Source of the DNA: the human T2T-CHM13v2.0 reference genome, Homo sapiens
Strand: one strand, 5' to 3'
Length of the DNA: 64,000 nucleotides
Assembly: GCF_009914755.1 (NCBI RefSeq)
Contig: NC_060925.1
Every line of letters begins with the position of its first letter. Within the stretch, counting starts at the first letter, position 1. This document shows positions 1 to 18,649 of the stretch, piece after piece. A model generated the notes under the pieces. It did not search any database. It had not been told where the DNA came from and was given only the letters and a program-made list of their open reading frames with translations. The position numbers were made by a program, and so were the translations under genes.

Positions 1-1130
1 ATTGTAATGAATAATGCCTAGTGCTTACGAAGCCCTGACAAGTCTCAAGAGATTAAAAATAACTCAAGGGTGCTCATATGGGAGGTACAACAGGAAACTC
101 CTCTTCCTAAAATGAAGACATAGATCCCTACTCACAAAGCAAAGTATAATTTAGCTAAAGCCAATATTGGTGTATTCTTAGATGAAAAAGAAAAGAAAGC
201 TGAGTTTTCTAAACAAATCCATATTTTTTTCTACAGGAGAACACCACTGCTCATAACTCAGTTTTATGAAAATAAGTAAGTTTACCCTTATTATCATCTT
301 GGAATCATTATAATCAGTGTTTGGTTCCACTATTTCCTCCTGCTGCTCTTGAATTTCAAAAACTGGGTTCTATTACACAGAAAAGAAATCAACATTTCAT
401 CAATAAGATCAAGATATATTGATCATATCTACCAGGAGGTCAATATTTTTACAGGAAGAATGTTAAATTACATTCCTTGTAAAGATGGCATTTAGCAGCT
501 CCCTTAGCACACGTCAAAGGTAAGAAGAAAGGGCTTATTAAGTAGTTCAGACACTATGTAATTTTCTCTTCACTTTGACCCAACTTGAATATACAACTAC
601 TACTGGGAATAAGGAAGTTTTTCAATTAATTAAGAAACTATTAGAGAGATGTCTAACATCAGGTCTTCTAAAACCTGTATATACAACTTGAATCACACAC
701 TACTTAATGGTAGTCCTTTAATATATATTCCCATGATACACTAGGCCTGCTGGTGGCAGCCTTTGGGGTGGGCCCTGCACATGCTATTGTAGGCTTACAA
801 GGTATCTCATAAGCAACAATAGAAATTGAGGCACAGAGAGTTAAAATCCCATTAAAGTTTTGGCAGAAAGACATTGAAATACACTTAAAATTTGGAAGCA
901 AAAATGAGACGTGAAGTTTTCCTTCCCTTCCTTATCGTCCCCTGGGGTGTCAGTATGCTCTACACACTAAGAAAAGAGGCAGAAGGGACATGGACACAGA
1001 AGTGTTGGCATGCCTGGAGGCCAAGAAATGGAGTGGTGAGGTTGTGGAGGGTTTCTGCCTGCCTGGTAGTAGAAGAATTAGAGCAGTGGGAGGGGTAGGG
1101 GGACCAGCATGGACACATTAGTGTGCCCTA

Positions 1131-1601
<471 letters not shown>

Positions 1602-1639
1602 CTAAGTGAAAATGTACACACAGTGAGGCTAATGGAATC

Positions 1640-2923
1640 TATAATCAGAGGATAATGGAATCACTGTCAGATAAGTGATTTTATAAAAGTGAATGATTAG
1701 AAAGAACATTGGGTTGTTAGATTGCAATTGGAGATAAATAGAAACTCACAGTTTTTAATTTACATAAAAATAGAGATGTATGTGTGTATACGTATACAGA
1801 TACATACATTTATTTTCTAGCTCTGTCCACTGAAAAGGGCCTAGAAGCAATGAGACCCAGTAGAAAGGTGCTCACTGAAGGCCTAGATCTTGGTTTCCAA
1901 ACACCTTGTGAAACACCAAACATCTTGTGAAAGGAATCAAGGCTCCTGGGGCAGGAAAAGTATAAGATGAGTCTGAAACATCTTTTGTGCCAGAAACCAA
2001 GGAAGTGCTCAAATAATGATGAGGACATGTCAAAGGACACAGTATCTATCTTGAAGGGGCTCCTACTAGCCAAATCTGGGAGGATTTGAGTATGAAAATA
2101 GTGATGTCAGTGGATACAACCCATTGGATGAAAAGAAATCAATGAATTCATACTTACATGAATGAATGAGTGAGTGAGTGAGTTATTGAATGAATAGGGA
2201 GAAAGGAAAATGCTTCTTACAGTAGAATGCCAACTAATAAATGAAGAAGGACTGATAGAAATAGAAAATCTCAATAGGCCATCACCACAGTGGAAGCTGA
2301 TTCAGGCAGAGTGCTCTACAGATGCTAAGGCTAACGAGTGAGGGTCTGTGAGGAACAATATGTTGGTGTCATTTCAGAATATCTCCCCACAGAATGCTGT
2401 TCAATTACAAAGGCAAAAATAATGTTTTGGGGTTTTTGTTTTATTTTGTTTTGACACAGGGTCGCTTTGTCAACCCAGACTGGAGTGCAAAGGTGCAATC
2501 TCACTGCAGCCTCAATCTCCCAGGCTCAAACCATCCTCCCACTTCAGTCTCCCAGGTAGCTGGGACTACGGGCACGTGCCACCATGCCCAGCTAATTTTT
2601 ATGTTTTTTTGTAGAGAAGAGGTCTCACTATGTTGCCCACTATTGAACTCCTGAGCTCAAGCAATCCACCTGCCTTGGCCTCCCAAAGTGTTGGGATTAC
2701 AGGCGTGAGCCACTATGCCTGGCCAAGAAGCCTGACAAACACCAACTTTTCCAGGTAATTAAGGTTAACATTACTAGCAGTGGGACACAGTGACATTGTT
2801 TGTCCCACGGCGATGTAATGAGAAGAGCACAGCGCCATTTCTAAAGAATTCCTGCCGAGAACGCATGGCCTCTAATACTAATCAAAAGGAAAAATCAGAC
2901 AAATCCAATTTGAGGTTCACCCT
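1640..2923 (+). mobile_element. Old L1M (L1MC/L1MD-like) 3' UTR fragment, left part
   Basis: Resembles the L1MC 3' end (aaatcagacaaatccaatttgagg); continues after the LTR. Confidence 0.65.
2425..2724 (-). mobile_element. AluJ inserted in L1M
   Basis: Antisense dimer with J-type features. Confidence 0.9.
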
Positions 2924-3282
2924 TGTGATGTGATACAATAAGAAATATACACTTGGTCTTCTGTTCCCCCTCCTGGCACAGAGCTCCTGAAGCCCTTGTA
3001 ATTTCCTGAGTAATAGGTGTGATAGAAGCATCTTTTATTATAGTATTTTTGTCTTTTTTTTTCCTTTTTTAAATTATTATTATACTTTAAGTTCTAGGGT
3101 ACATGTGCACAATGTGCAGGTTAGTTACATATGTATACATGTGCCATGCTGGTGTGCTACACCCATTAACTTGTCATTTAGCATTAGGTATATCTCCTAA
3201 TGCTATCCCTCCCCCCCCCCCCACCCCACAACAGTCACCAGAGTGTGATGTTCCCCTTCCTGTGTCCATGTGTTCTCATTGT

Positions 3283-7111
<3,829 letters not shown>

Positions 7112-7174
7112 TATGATGCTAGCTGGTTATTTTGCTCGTTAGTTGATGCAGTTTCTTCCTAGTCTCGATGGTCT

Positions 7175-8192
7175 TTACATTTTGGCATGATTTTGCAGTG
7201 GCTGGTACTGGTTGTGCCTTTCCATGTTTAGTGCTTCCTTCAGGAGCTCTTTTAGGGCAGGCCTGGTGGTGACAAAATCTCTCAGCATTTGCTTGTCGGT
7301 AAAGTATTTTATTTCTCCTTCACTTATGAAACTTAGTTTGGCTGGATATGAAATTCTGGGTTGAAAATTCTTTTCTTTAAGAATGTTGAATATTGGCCCC
7401 CACTCTCTTCTGGCTTGTAAGAGTTTCTGCTGAGAGATCCGCTGTTAGTCTGATGGGCTTCCCTTTGTGGGTAACCCGACTTTTCTCTCTGGCTGCCCTT
7501 AACATTTTTTCCTTCATTTCAACTTTGGCGAATCTGACAATTATGTGTCTTGGAGTTGCTCTTCTCGAGGAGTATCTTTGTGGCGTTCTCTGTATTTCCT
7601 GAATCTGAATGTTGGCCTGCCTTGCTAGATTGGGGAAGTTCTCCTGGATAATATCCTGCAGAGTATTTTCCAACTTGGTTCCATTCTCCCCGTCACTTTC
7701 AGGTACACCAATCAGACACAGATTTGGTCTTTTCACATAGTCCCATATTTCTTGGAGGCTTTGTTCGTTTCTTTTTATTCTTTTTTCTCTAAACTTCCCT
7801 TCTCGCTTCATTTCATTCATTCATCTTCCATCACTGATACACTTTCTTCCAGTTGATCGCATCGGCTCCTGAGGCTTCTGCATTCTTCAAGTAGTTCTTG
7901 AGCCTTGGCTTTCAGCTCCATCAGCTCCTTTAAGCACTTCTCTGTATTGGTTATTCTAGTTATACATTCATCTAAATTTTTTTCAAAGTTTTCAACTTCT
8001 TTGCCTTTGGTTTGAATTTCCTCCTGTAGCTCGGAGTAGTTTGATCGTCTGAAGCCTTCTTCTCTCAACTTGTCAAAGTCATTCTCCATCCAGCTTTGTT
8101 CCGTTGTTGGTGAGGAACTGCGTTCCTTTGGAGGAGGAGAGGCGCTCTGCTTTTTAGAGTTTCCAGTTTTTCTGCTCTGTTTTTTTCCCCAT
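7175..8192 (-). pseudogene. L1 ORF1 remnant (frameshifted)
   Basis: ATG at 8192 followed by an extra A; fragments 7817-8089 and 7377-7820; TAA at 7175-7177. Confidence 0.92.
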
Positions 8193-8775
8193 CTTTGTGG
8201 TTTTATCTACTTTTGGTCTTTGATGATGGTGATGTACAGATGGGTTTTTGGTGTGGCTGTCCTTTCTGTTTGTTAGTTTTCCTTCTAACAGACAGGAACC
8301 TCAGCTGCAGGTCTGTTGGAGTTTGCTAGAGGTCCACTCCAGACCCCGTTTGCCTGGGTATCAGCAGCGGTGTCTGCAGAACCGCGGATTTTCGTGATCC
8401 ACGAATGCTGCTGTCTGATCGTTCCTCTGGAAGTTTTGTCTCAGAGGAGTACCCGGCTGTGTGAGGTGTCAGTCTGCCCCTACTGGGGGGTGCCTCCCAG
8501 TTAGGCTGCTCGGGGGTCAGGGGTCAGGGACCCACTTGAGGAGGCAGTCTGCCCATTCTCAGATCTCCAGCTGCGTACTGGGAGAACCACTGCTCTCCTC
8601 AAAGCTGTCAGACAGGGACATTTAAGTCTGCAAAGGTTACTGCTGTCTTTTTGTTTGTCTGTGCCCTGCCCCCAGAGGTGGAGCCTACAGAGGCAGGCAG
8701 GCCTCCTTGAGCTGTGGTGGGCTCCACCCAGTTCGAGCTTCCTGGCTGCTTTGTTTACCTAAGCGAGCCTGGGCA

Positions 8776-9189
8776 ATGGCGGGCGCCCCTCCCCCAGCCT
8801 GGCTGCCGCCTTGCAGTTTGATCTCAGACTGCTGTGCTAGCAATCAGCGAGACTCTGTGGGCGTAGGACCCTCACATCCAGGTGTGGGATATAATCTCCT
8901 GGTGCACCGTTTCCTAAGCCTGTCGGAAAAGCGCAGTATTCGAGTGGGAGTGGCCCGATTTTCCAGGTGCCATCTGTCACCCCTTTCCTTGACCAGGAAA
9001 GGGAACTCCCTGACCCCTTGTGCTTCCAGAGTGAGGCAATGCCTCACCCTGCTTTGGCTCGCACATGGTGCGCTGCACCCACTGTCCTGCGCCCACTGTC
9101 TGACACTCCCCAGTGAGATGAACCTGGTACCTCAGATGGAAATGCCGAAATCACAGCGTCTTCTGTGTCGCTCACGCTGGGAGCTGTAG
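8776..9189 (+). other. L1 antisense ORF0, open for 137 codons
   Basis: MAGAPPPAWLPPCSLISDCCASNQRDSVGVGPS... within ORF 8707..9189; ATG in GCAATGG context. Confidence 0.7.
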
Positions 9190-9418
9190 ACAGGAGCTGT
9201 TCCTATTTGGCCATCTTGGCTCCTCCCCCCAATATTTTTGTCTTATTCCTAGGTTCCTGACACAAGAACTTCTAAGGACCCTTGGAATCTCTGGAGCTAC
9301 AAGAGTTATCTTTTTGTATGCTAATGAGTTGGCTGGTGCCCAAAGACCCTTAGACAGCTTCAAAATGGGGTCTGGTCGTCAGAAAGGCCAACCATGTGAT
9401 AAGAAGATTTGAACTTGG

Positions 9419-9806
<388 letters not shown>

Positions 9807-10337
9807 TCAATCATGCGTAAGTAACAGAACCTCCATAAAACTCCTAAAAGACAGAGTTTAGAGAGTTTCTGAGTTGGTGAACGCATTAAGGTACTTAGAG
9901 GGCAGCGCGCCCAGAGAAAGCATGGAAACTCTGCGTCTCTTGCCCTAGACCTTGCCCCCTGCATCTCTCCCATTGGCTGTTTCTGAGCTGTATCCTTTAA
10001 AATACACTGGTAAGGAAAGAGCACTCCTGAGTTCTGCAAGCTGTTCTAGCAAGTTAGCAAATCCAAGGTGTTGTGGGAACCCTTGATTTTTAGTGAGTCA
10101 GTTAGAAGTATGGGAGACCCAGGACTTGAGATTGGCATTTTAAGTCGGGGGCTGGACTGAGCCCCTTAACCTGTGGGATCTGACGCTAACTCCAGGTCTA
10201 TAGTGTCAGAATTCTACTGAATTGTTGGATACCTGGCTGGTGTCTGGAGAGTTGGAGAACTGGTTGGCATGAGGAAAAAAACCCACACATTTGGCATCAC
10301 AAGTGTTTTGTGGGTAGAGATAGTTCCTAGTAACCCT

Positions 10338-10830
10338 ACAGAATGAATGGCCTGTACTCTTGAAAACTGTCAAGGGCAGGAATGACAGGGAAAGACTGAG
10401 GCACCGTGGCTCCAGATCGAAGGAGAAGGAAGAGATGACAACTAAAGAGAGCGTGTGTTCCTGGAGTGGTTGTGGATGAGAAAGCAAAAAGACATCGTTG
10501 GGACAGTTGGTGAAACTTGCATGGGGTCTGAGTACTGGTTGGAAGCAATGAATCAGCGTGGATTTCCTTATCTGGAGGATCATATGGTGGTTATGTAGGA
10601 GAGTGTCCTTTGGTAGGCAGAATACTTACTGGGGAGCCCAGGGGCTTCATGTCTGCAATTTGCTCTCAAATCATTCAGAAAGAGACAATGGTAGGGTACA
10701 CACACACACACACACACACTCCTCAAATGTGGTACCAGGTACCAACTGAGGAACTGGAGTGGAAGGAATGTGGGAGGTGTTTGTACTATCCTTGCAAGTT
10801 TCTGTAAGTTTGAAAATATTTCGAGAGGTG
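10338..10830 (+). mobile_element. Old L1M 3' UTR fragment, right part, with (CA)n near 10698-10719
   Basis: tggcctgtactcttgaaaactgtcaagg ... tactatccttgcaagtttctgtaagtttgaaa. Confidence 0.65.
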
Positions 10831-10848
10831 TGGAAAAAGATTTAATAA

Positions 10849-11507
<659 letters not shown>

Positions 11508-11789
11508 GGCATATTATTGTTTTTTAAAGTTCAGTCTGCCTCATTCAACACGCAGGGCTTACAGAAAGTAATCTTTAATTGTATCTGTATATTTACTTCT
11601 ATAAATATATCTGTAGGCTCTCGATAAATCACATTCTGCAGCACTTAAAAGTTCAATACTAAACATTCATTTTCCATTATGTTATTTTTCACTAAGTATG
11701 TTGTGTTGTACTACAGGTAATTAAATATCATGCTTTTCATGTAACAATAATGTTAATGATAATAATAGCTCTTATTTGTACTTGCCTCT

Positions 11790-12589
<800 letters not shown>

Positions 12590-13085
12590 AGAATCCATAT
12601 TTTTGATACCCATATTCTTTGTTTCCAGAGCTCATTTTCAAGTTTCTTCATGATAGGATCTATGCCTTTTTCTGCACTTATATTCTTCCTCAAGAAAATC
12701 TAGCACAATGTCCTGTATTCAATAAATAGTTATTGACTCACAGGCTGAGATCCAGGGGTGGAAACTCTGTTGCAACCATTCCCTGAATGGTCATCCATTC
12801 ACAATGATCTAAGCATCATCTCTCAAGAGACTACATCAAGGTACATCTAAGAGACAACGTATATGGTACAGAATAGGAAGTCAGAAAGAGAAAGATCATC
12901 AACATCAGTAGAGGAAAGCTCCTTTCAGTTCAGCCAACAGGGACTGAGTAAGTCCCTGCCCCACCCCCAAATGCCTGGCATGGAATTCAATGCAGAGGAG
13001 TCAAATTATGGGTTTTCACCTTCAACATTTTACAGCCTGCGGCAAAAACTCCTGGGCAGGGGTGGGGTGGAGACTGAATGAAAAA

Positions 13086-13230
13086 GTAGCGAGGCATGGT
13101 GCCCCGTGCCTGTAGTCCCAGCTACTTGGGAGGCTGAGGCCAGAGGTTAACTTGAGCTCAAGGAGGTCAAGGCTGCAGTGAATTATGATGACGCCACTGC
13201 ACTCCAGCCTGGGCAACAGAATGAGTCTCC
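13086..13230 (+). mobile_element. Alu right-arm fragment
   Basis: gcctgtagtcccagctac ... gagtctcc. Confidence 0.85.
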
Positions 13231-13647
13231 GTGAGAAAGGAAAGAAAGAAAAGAAAAGAAAGCAAAGGAAGGAAGGAAGGAAGGACAGGAAAGAAAAGAG
13301 AAAGAAAGGAAAGGAAAGGAAGAAATAGAGAAAGAAAGAAGGAAAGAAAGGAAGGAAGGAAAGAAAAGAAAAGGAGGGAGGGAGAGAGGAAGGAAGGAAG
13401 GGAAAGAAGGAAGGAAGGCAGGAAGGGAGAGAGGGAAAGAAAGAAATGAAGGAAAAAGAAAAAAGAAAGAAAGGAAGGAGGGAGGGAGGGAAAGAAAGGA
13501 AGGAAGGAAAAAGAAAGAAGAAAGAGAGAGAGAAAGAAGGAAAGAAGGAAAGGAAGGAAGGAAGGAAGAAAGAAAGAAAGGAAGGAAGGAGGGAGGGAGG
13601 GAAAGGAAGGAAGGAAGGAAGGAAAAAGAAAGAAGAAAGAAAGAGAG
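13231..13647 (+). repeat. GA-rich polypurine tract (GAAA/GGAA mosaic)
   Basis: ~415 bp that is almost entirely A/G. Confidence 0.95.
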
Positions 13648-13931
13648 GGCCAGGCGCAGTGGCTCACGCCTGTAATCCCAGCACTTTGGGAGGCCGAGGC
13701 GGGCGGAACACGAGGTCAGGAGATCAAGACCACGATGAAACCCCTTCTCTACTAAAAATACAAAAATTTAGCCGGGCGTGGTGGCGGGCGCATGTAGTCC
13801 CAGCTACCCGGAGAGGCAGAGGCAGGAGAATGGCGTGAACCCGGGAGGCGGAGCTTGCAGTGAGCCAAGATTGTGCCACTGCACTCCAGCCTAGGCCACA
13901 GAGTGAGACTCCGTCTCAAAAAAAAAAAAAA
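13648..13931 (+). mobile_element. AluY with a 12-bp left-arm deletion (Yd lineage)
   Basis: gagatcaagacca^cgatgaaacc; Y diagnostics gaatggcgtgaacccgggaggcggagcttgcag. Confidence 0.85.
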
Positions 13932-14108
13932 GAAAGAAGGAGAGAGGAAAGGAAGGAAGGAAGGTAGGAAGGAAAGAAGGAAAGAAGGAAGGAAGGAAGG
14001 AAAAGAGAAAGAAAGGAAAGAAAGAAAGAAAGAAAGAAAAGAAAGAAAGAAAGAAAGAAAGAAAAAGGAAGAAAGAAAGAAAGAGAAAGAAAGAAAAGAA
14101 AAGAAAGA
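13932..14108 (+). repeat. GA-rich polypurine tract
   Basis: (GAAA)n/(GGAA)n. Confidence 0.95.
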
Positions 14109-15636
14109 CTGATTCTTGGGCCCAGACCCACAGAATGTGCAGGATGGGTGGGAAGATGAGAAGAGAGCATGCAGGCTGGGAGAACAGAGTAAACTGAGAT
14201 TCTGGCAGGGACGAGCATGTTGTGCTTGGGAGAGGGTAAAGAAACACCCAGGTGGCCCAGGAGGGCTCAGAAGTACACACCTCCCAGGGCCAGCTGCCCT
14301 CTGGTTGTTGGATGCAGCAGCCCTCTGAAGATGGGACACAGATATAAACACTTCCAACCTTGGAAACGCTCCCAAACCCAGGACCATTTGCCCCTATTTG
14401 CCCAAGATAGTCCCAGTTTACTCCTATTGTTCCAGCATCCCTTCAGGTTAGTGTCCTTTTTCAAAAGCATACTGGTCAGGATGATAAATTATACGGCCAC
14501 CTTACTCAAAGCCCACTTTATGTAGCTTGACATTGTAGATTACTCTGCCTCCCTACCAATCAACCCCAAATCCCATTTTCCCGTTTGGTAGAAGGGCACT
14601 TAGAGACTGAGTTACACATACTGACTTAATGTCCCACTCCGTTATTGGTAACATAAGCTGTGCCTAGTGTCTTTCTGATGGAAAAAATCCCCAATTAAAA
14701 AAAAAAATTTGACCTGGCTTAATGAGTGTTTTTAACGACCAAATCCAATGGGCTGCATATGTGATTTGATAAAGCAGACACATACAGTGTTAAAAAGAGT
14801 CCAGAAACTGCATATTCCATATCTCTAAGTGGCTTGCATTCCACTAGAAAACAACTAAAAATGAGAGGAAAATGTGGTATTTCAAAGAAATGCAAATACT
14901 ACCTATCTAGGCACTCAGAAGACTGTTAGGTACAAACAAATGCTCTTAAGTAATTAAAGTCTACAGTGTTAGACAAGTGTCTCAATAAATACACCTTCTA
15001 CCACCTTTTACATGGAAATGTGAATGCTTATTTACATTTCCTTTCAGATTTAAGGATGAACAGATGTCTTGAGGCCCTTCTGAGAATGAAAATGGCTTAT
15101 ATAAATCCTTCAAATCAAAACATTTTATGCCATCGCAAACTTCCTATTTAATTCTATTGCCAATTCAAAATATCGATATGGTTTTATTTCAGGTTTATGT
15201 AAAGTGGAGACCGAAGGCCACTGGTCCTAGCTGATGCATTTGCCATACTCAGGTTGCTTTTTCTGCTGCAGCATCTTTGCAGGAACTATATTAAAGGGTT
15301 TTCTGCAGAACTGAGGTTTACCGAATGGAAAGGATTCCTTTAATGAGCTATTTGGAAGTTAAAATATACTTTTAGAAATTTTGGTATGATATCAGAATTA
15401 CTTCATCAAATTTGAACTATGTTTAAACGGGAAGCTGAAGCTATAGCATACATGGCAATGTTTACTTGAAGATTTCTTTTCATTTGTTTAAACTTAGCAA
15501 CTAGTTTAAATACCAGACCATATTTGCAAACTAACCTTTTTGCCATTGGAGCTGTTTGGTAGATTTGGTGAGGTGAGCTTTGAACTCCTACTATGTGCAA
15601 GACCCTGTGATAGCTACTAAATGAGGATAAAATATC

Positions 15637-16267
15637 ATTTTATTTTTTATTTTAATTTTTATTATTTTTTTGAGACAGGGTCTCGCTCTGTCACCCAGGC
15701 TAGAGTGCAGTGGTGTCATCATGGCTTACTGCAGCCTCGACATCCCAAGCCTCAAGAGATTCTCCTACCTCAGCCTCCTGAGTAGCTGGGACCACAGGTG
15801 CGCATCACCATGTACAGTTAATTTTTACAATTTTTGTAGAGATGAGGTGTCACCATCTTTCCCAGGCTGGTCTCAAACTCCTGGGCTCAAGCCAGCCTCC
15901 TACCTCAGCCTCCTGAATAGCTGGGATGACATGTGCGTGTCACCATGCCCAACTTTTTTTTTTTTTTTTTTTTTTTTTTGGAGATATGAGGTGTTGCTAT
16001 GTTGCCCAGGATAAAATGCCATTTTTTTTTTTTTTGAGAGTCTCCTCTCACTCTGTCACCCAAGCTGGAGTGTAGCTGCACAATCTCGGCTCATTGCAAC
16101 CTCTGCCTCCCGAGTTCAAGTGATTCTTGTGCCTTAGCCTCCTGAGTAGCTGGGACAACAGACACATGCCACCATGCCCAGATAATTTTTTGTATTTTTA
16201 GTAGAGACAGGGTTTCGCCATGTTAGCCAGACTGGTCTCGAACTCCTGGCCTCAAGTGATCCACCCA
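15637..16267 (-). mobile_element. Two adjacent antisense Alus (15637-16010 with an internal duplication; 16022-16267, 5'-truncated)
   Basis: Alu homology; direct repeat aatgccatttt flanks the second element. Confidence 0.85.
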
Positions 16268-16647
16268 TCTTAATGCCATTTTAAAAGGACTCACAGAAGT
16301 GGCCATTGAGATATTCCTTAAAAGATCACAGGGTTTTAACAGGAAGAAAAATGTGGTAGGGGGTGAGAAGAGTGAAAAGAATTTCAGGCATAAAGAACAG
16401 TTGAAGTAATGGTTCATGGGAAGACAGTGTGAGAGGTGCAGAAACAAGGTAAGAATTTGTTGGGTTGGATGATGAGGGAGATGAGGTTACAGGAGATACT
16501 GGAGTTGACTCATGGTGTATAGCAAGTTTGCATCTTGTTTTGAAAGTCTCTGGACAAGTCAGTAACATGATTAAATCTCTGCTTGTAGATCTGAACTGGA
16601 ATTGGGAAAAGTTAGAGGCAAACACAGGCGGATTTTGCAATTGTTCA

Positions 16648-17270
<623 letters not shown>

Positions 17271-18584
17271 GTAATGTGGGTGCAAGCTAGGATAGCAGCA
17301 GGGGGAAGAGACAGAAGGGATGGATTTTTTAACATCATTCAGATCCCTAAGACTTGGCAGCTCTTTGTATGTGAAGAGCTGCAGGGAGGGGGCAGTCCAG
17401 TAACTCCAAGGCTTTGAGCCTGGACAGTGGGGAGGTTGTGGAAACATCAGGATAAACCCAGGCCGCAGATGCAGGTTTAGGGTGGGCTGAAATGTGCATG
17501 GTCATTCCTGGACACCTGAGCCTGAGGTACAGGGGGATAACCATGAACACGTCTGTGTAACCCACAAAATGTTCATGAAGTTAGGTAACCATTTGTCAAA
17601 TGAATGCAGGAAGAAGCGAGGAAGGAAGGGAAAGAGAAGGAAAAGGGAGGCACTTCCCAGTAGGCAGTTGGATATGCAGACCTGTGCCTCAGGAGAGAAG
17701 CGTGTGTGGGGACGCCGCAAAGAGGGGGTGAGGGAATCACACTGAGCAGAGGCTGAAGGAGGAGGTCTCAGGCACAGGCACATCAGGGGCCAAGAGGAAG
17801 ACAAAAAGTCAGAATAGAAACAGATACAGAACCAAGAACCAAAGAGTGGCAGAATTCTGAAATCTAAGAAGGCAGGCATCTCCAAATAAAAATGGTCAGA
17901 GGTCAAAAGACAGAAAAAGTCACTAGAGTTGGCACCTTGGAGTTCATTATTAAGCACTAGTTATGGGCTGTGTTTGATGCTCAGAGATTTTCCTGCCTTT
18001 AACTTCGCATCCACCCTGTGAGGTAGGCACTGCTGTTAAACTGTGCTAGGAGGCTTAGATCTGTTCACTGACTTCCCCAAAATCACGCTTCCAGGAAGCT
18101 GAGGGCAGAAATCCTAAGCCAGTTAGGCCTCACCCCAAAACCTGTAACCCTCACACATTTGGCCGTGTGCTTCAATACGGTGCTGGGGGTAGAAGCCAGA
18201 TGTTAGGGGCTAGAAAAGCGAACGGGATGGAAACTCACATTTATTCTATGTTCACTGTGGGCCCAGAACCAAGCTAAGTGCTATATGTGAATGTAGACAA
18301 CAGATAGTGAAAATGGGGAGGGGGCGTGACAGCTGGGGAAAGCAGAGTGGTGGCTTTTTTAAGAAGGGGCAGGAGGGACCCTGTCATTCTGGGTCCTCTG
18401 CTAGATCATGGAAATTTTTTCATCATACAGAAATCTGCATTAAAATGATCCTCTTTAAACTAGGATTTTACCACTATAACAGAATGTAGTGACTTGCTAT
18501 CCCCTTTCTTAATACAGATGAACAGAGCTACTCCCTGTTTTTAATATATGGGTATAAGTATTCAGGCATTAGAATGGTACATAC

Positions 18585-18649
18585 TTTTTTGAGTTTCTTG
18601 CTTTTTTCTGTTGAGAGTATGATATTTCCTTGCAAAATGATATTAAGCT
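18585..18649 (-). CDS. LEMD1: LEMD1 coding exon, 65 nt, (E)LNIILQGNIILSTEKSKKLKK; the next exon lies left of the window
   Basis: Acceptor tttcccatgatccag|AG, donor AAA|gtatgt. 82+123+65 = 270 nt = 90 codons with no stop. Confidence 0.93.

Noticed and set aside
13167-14387. Long K/E/R-rich and F/L/S-rich ORFs
   Set aside because: Translations of the GA simple repeat and Alu sequence.
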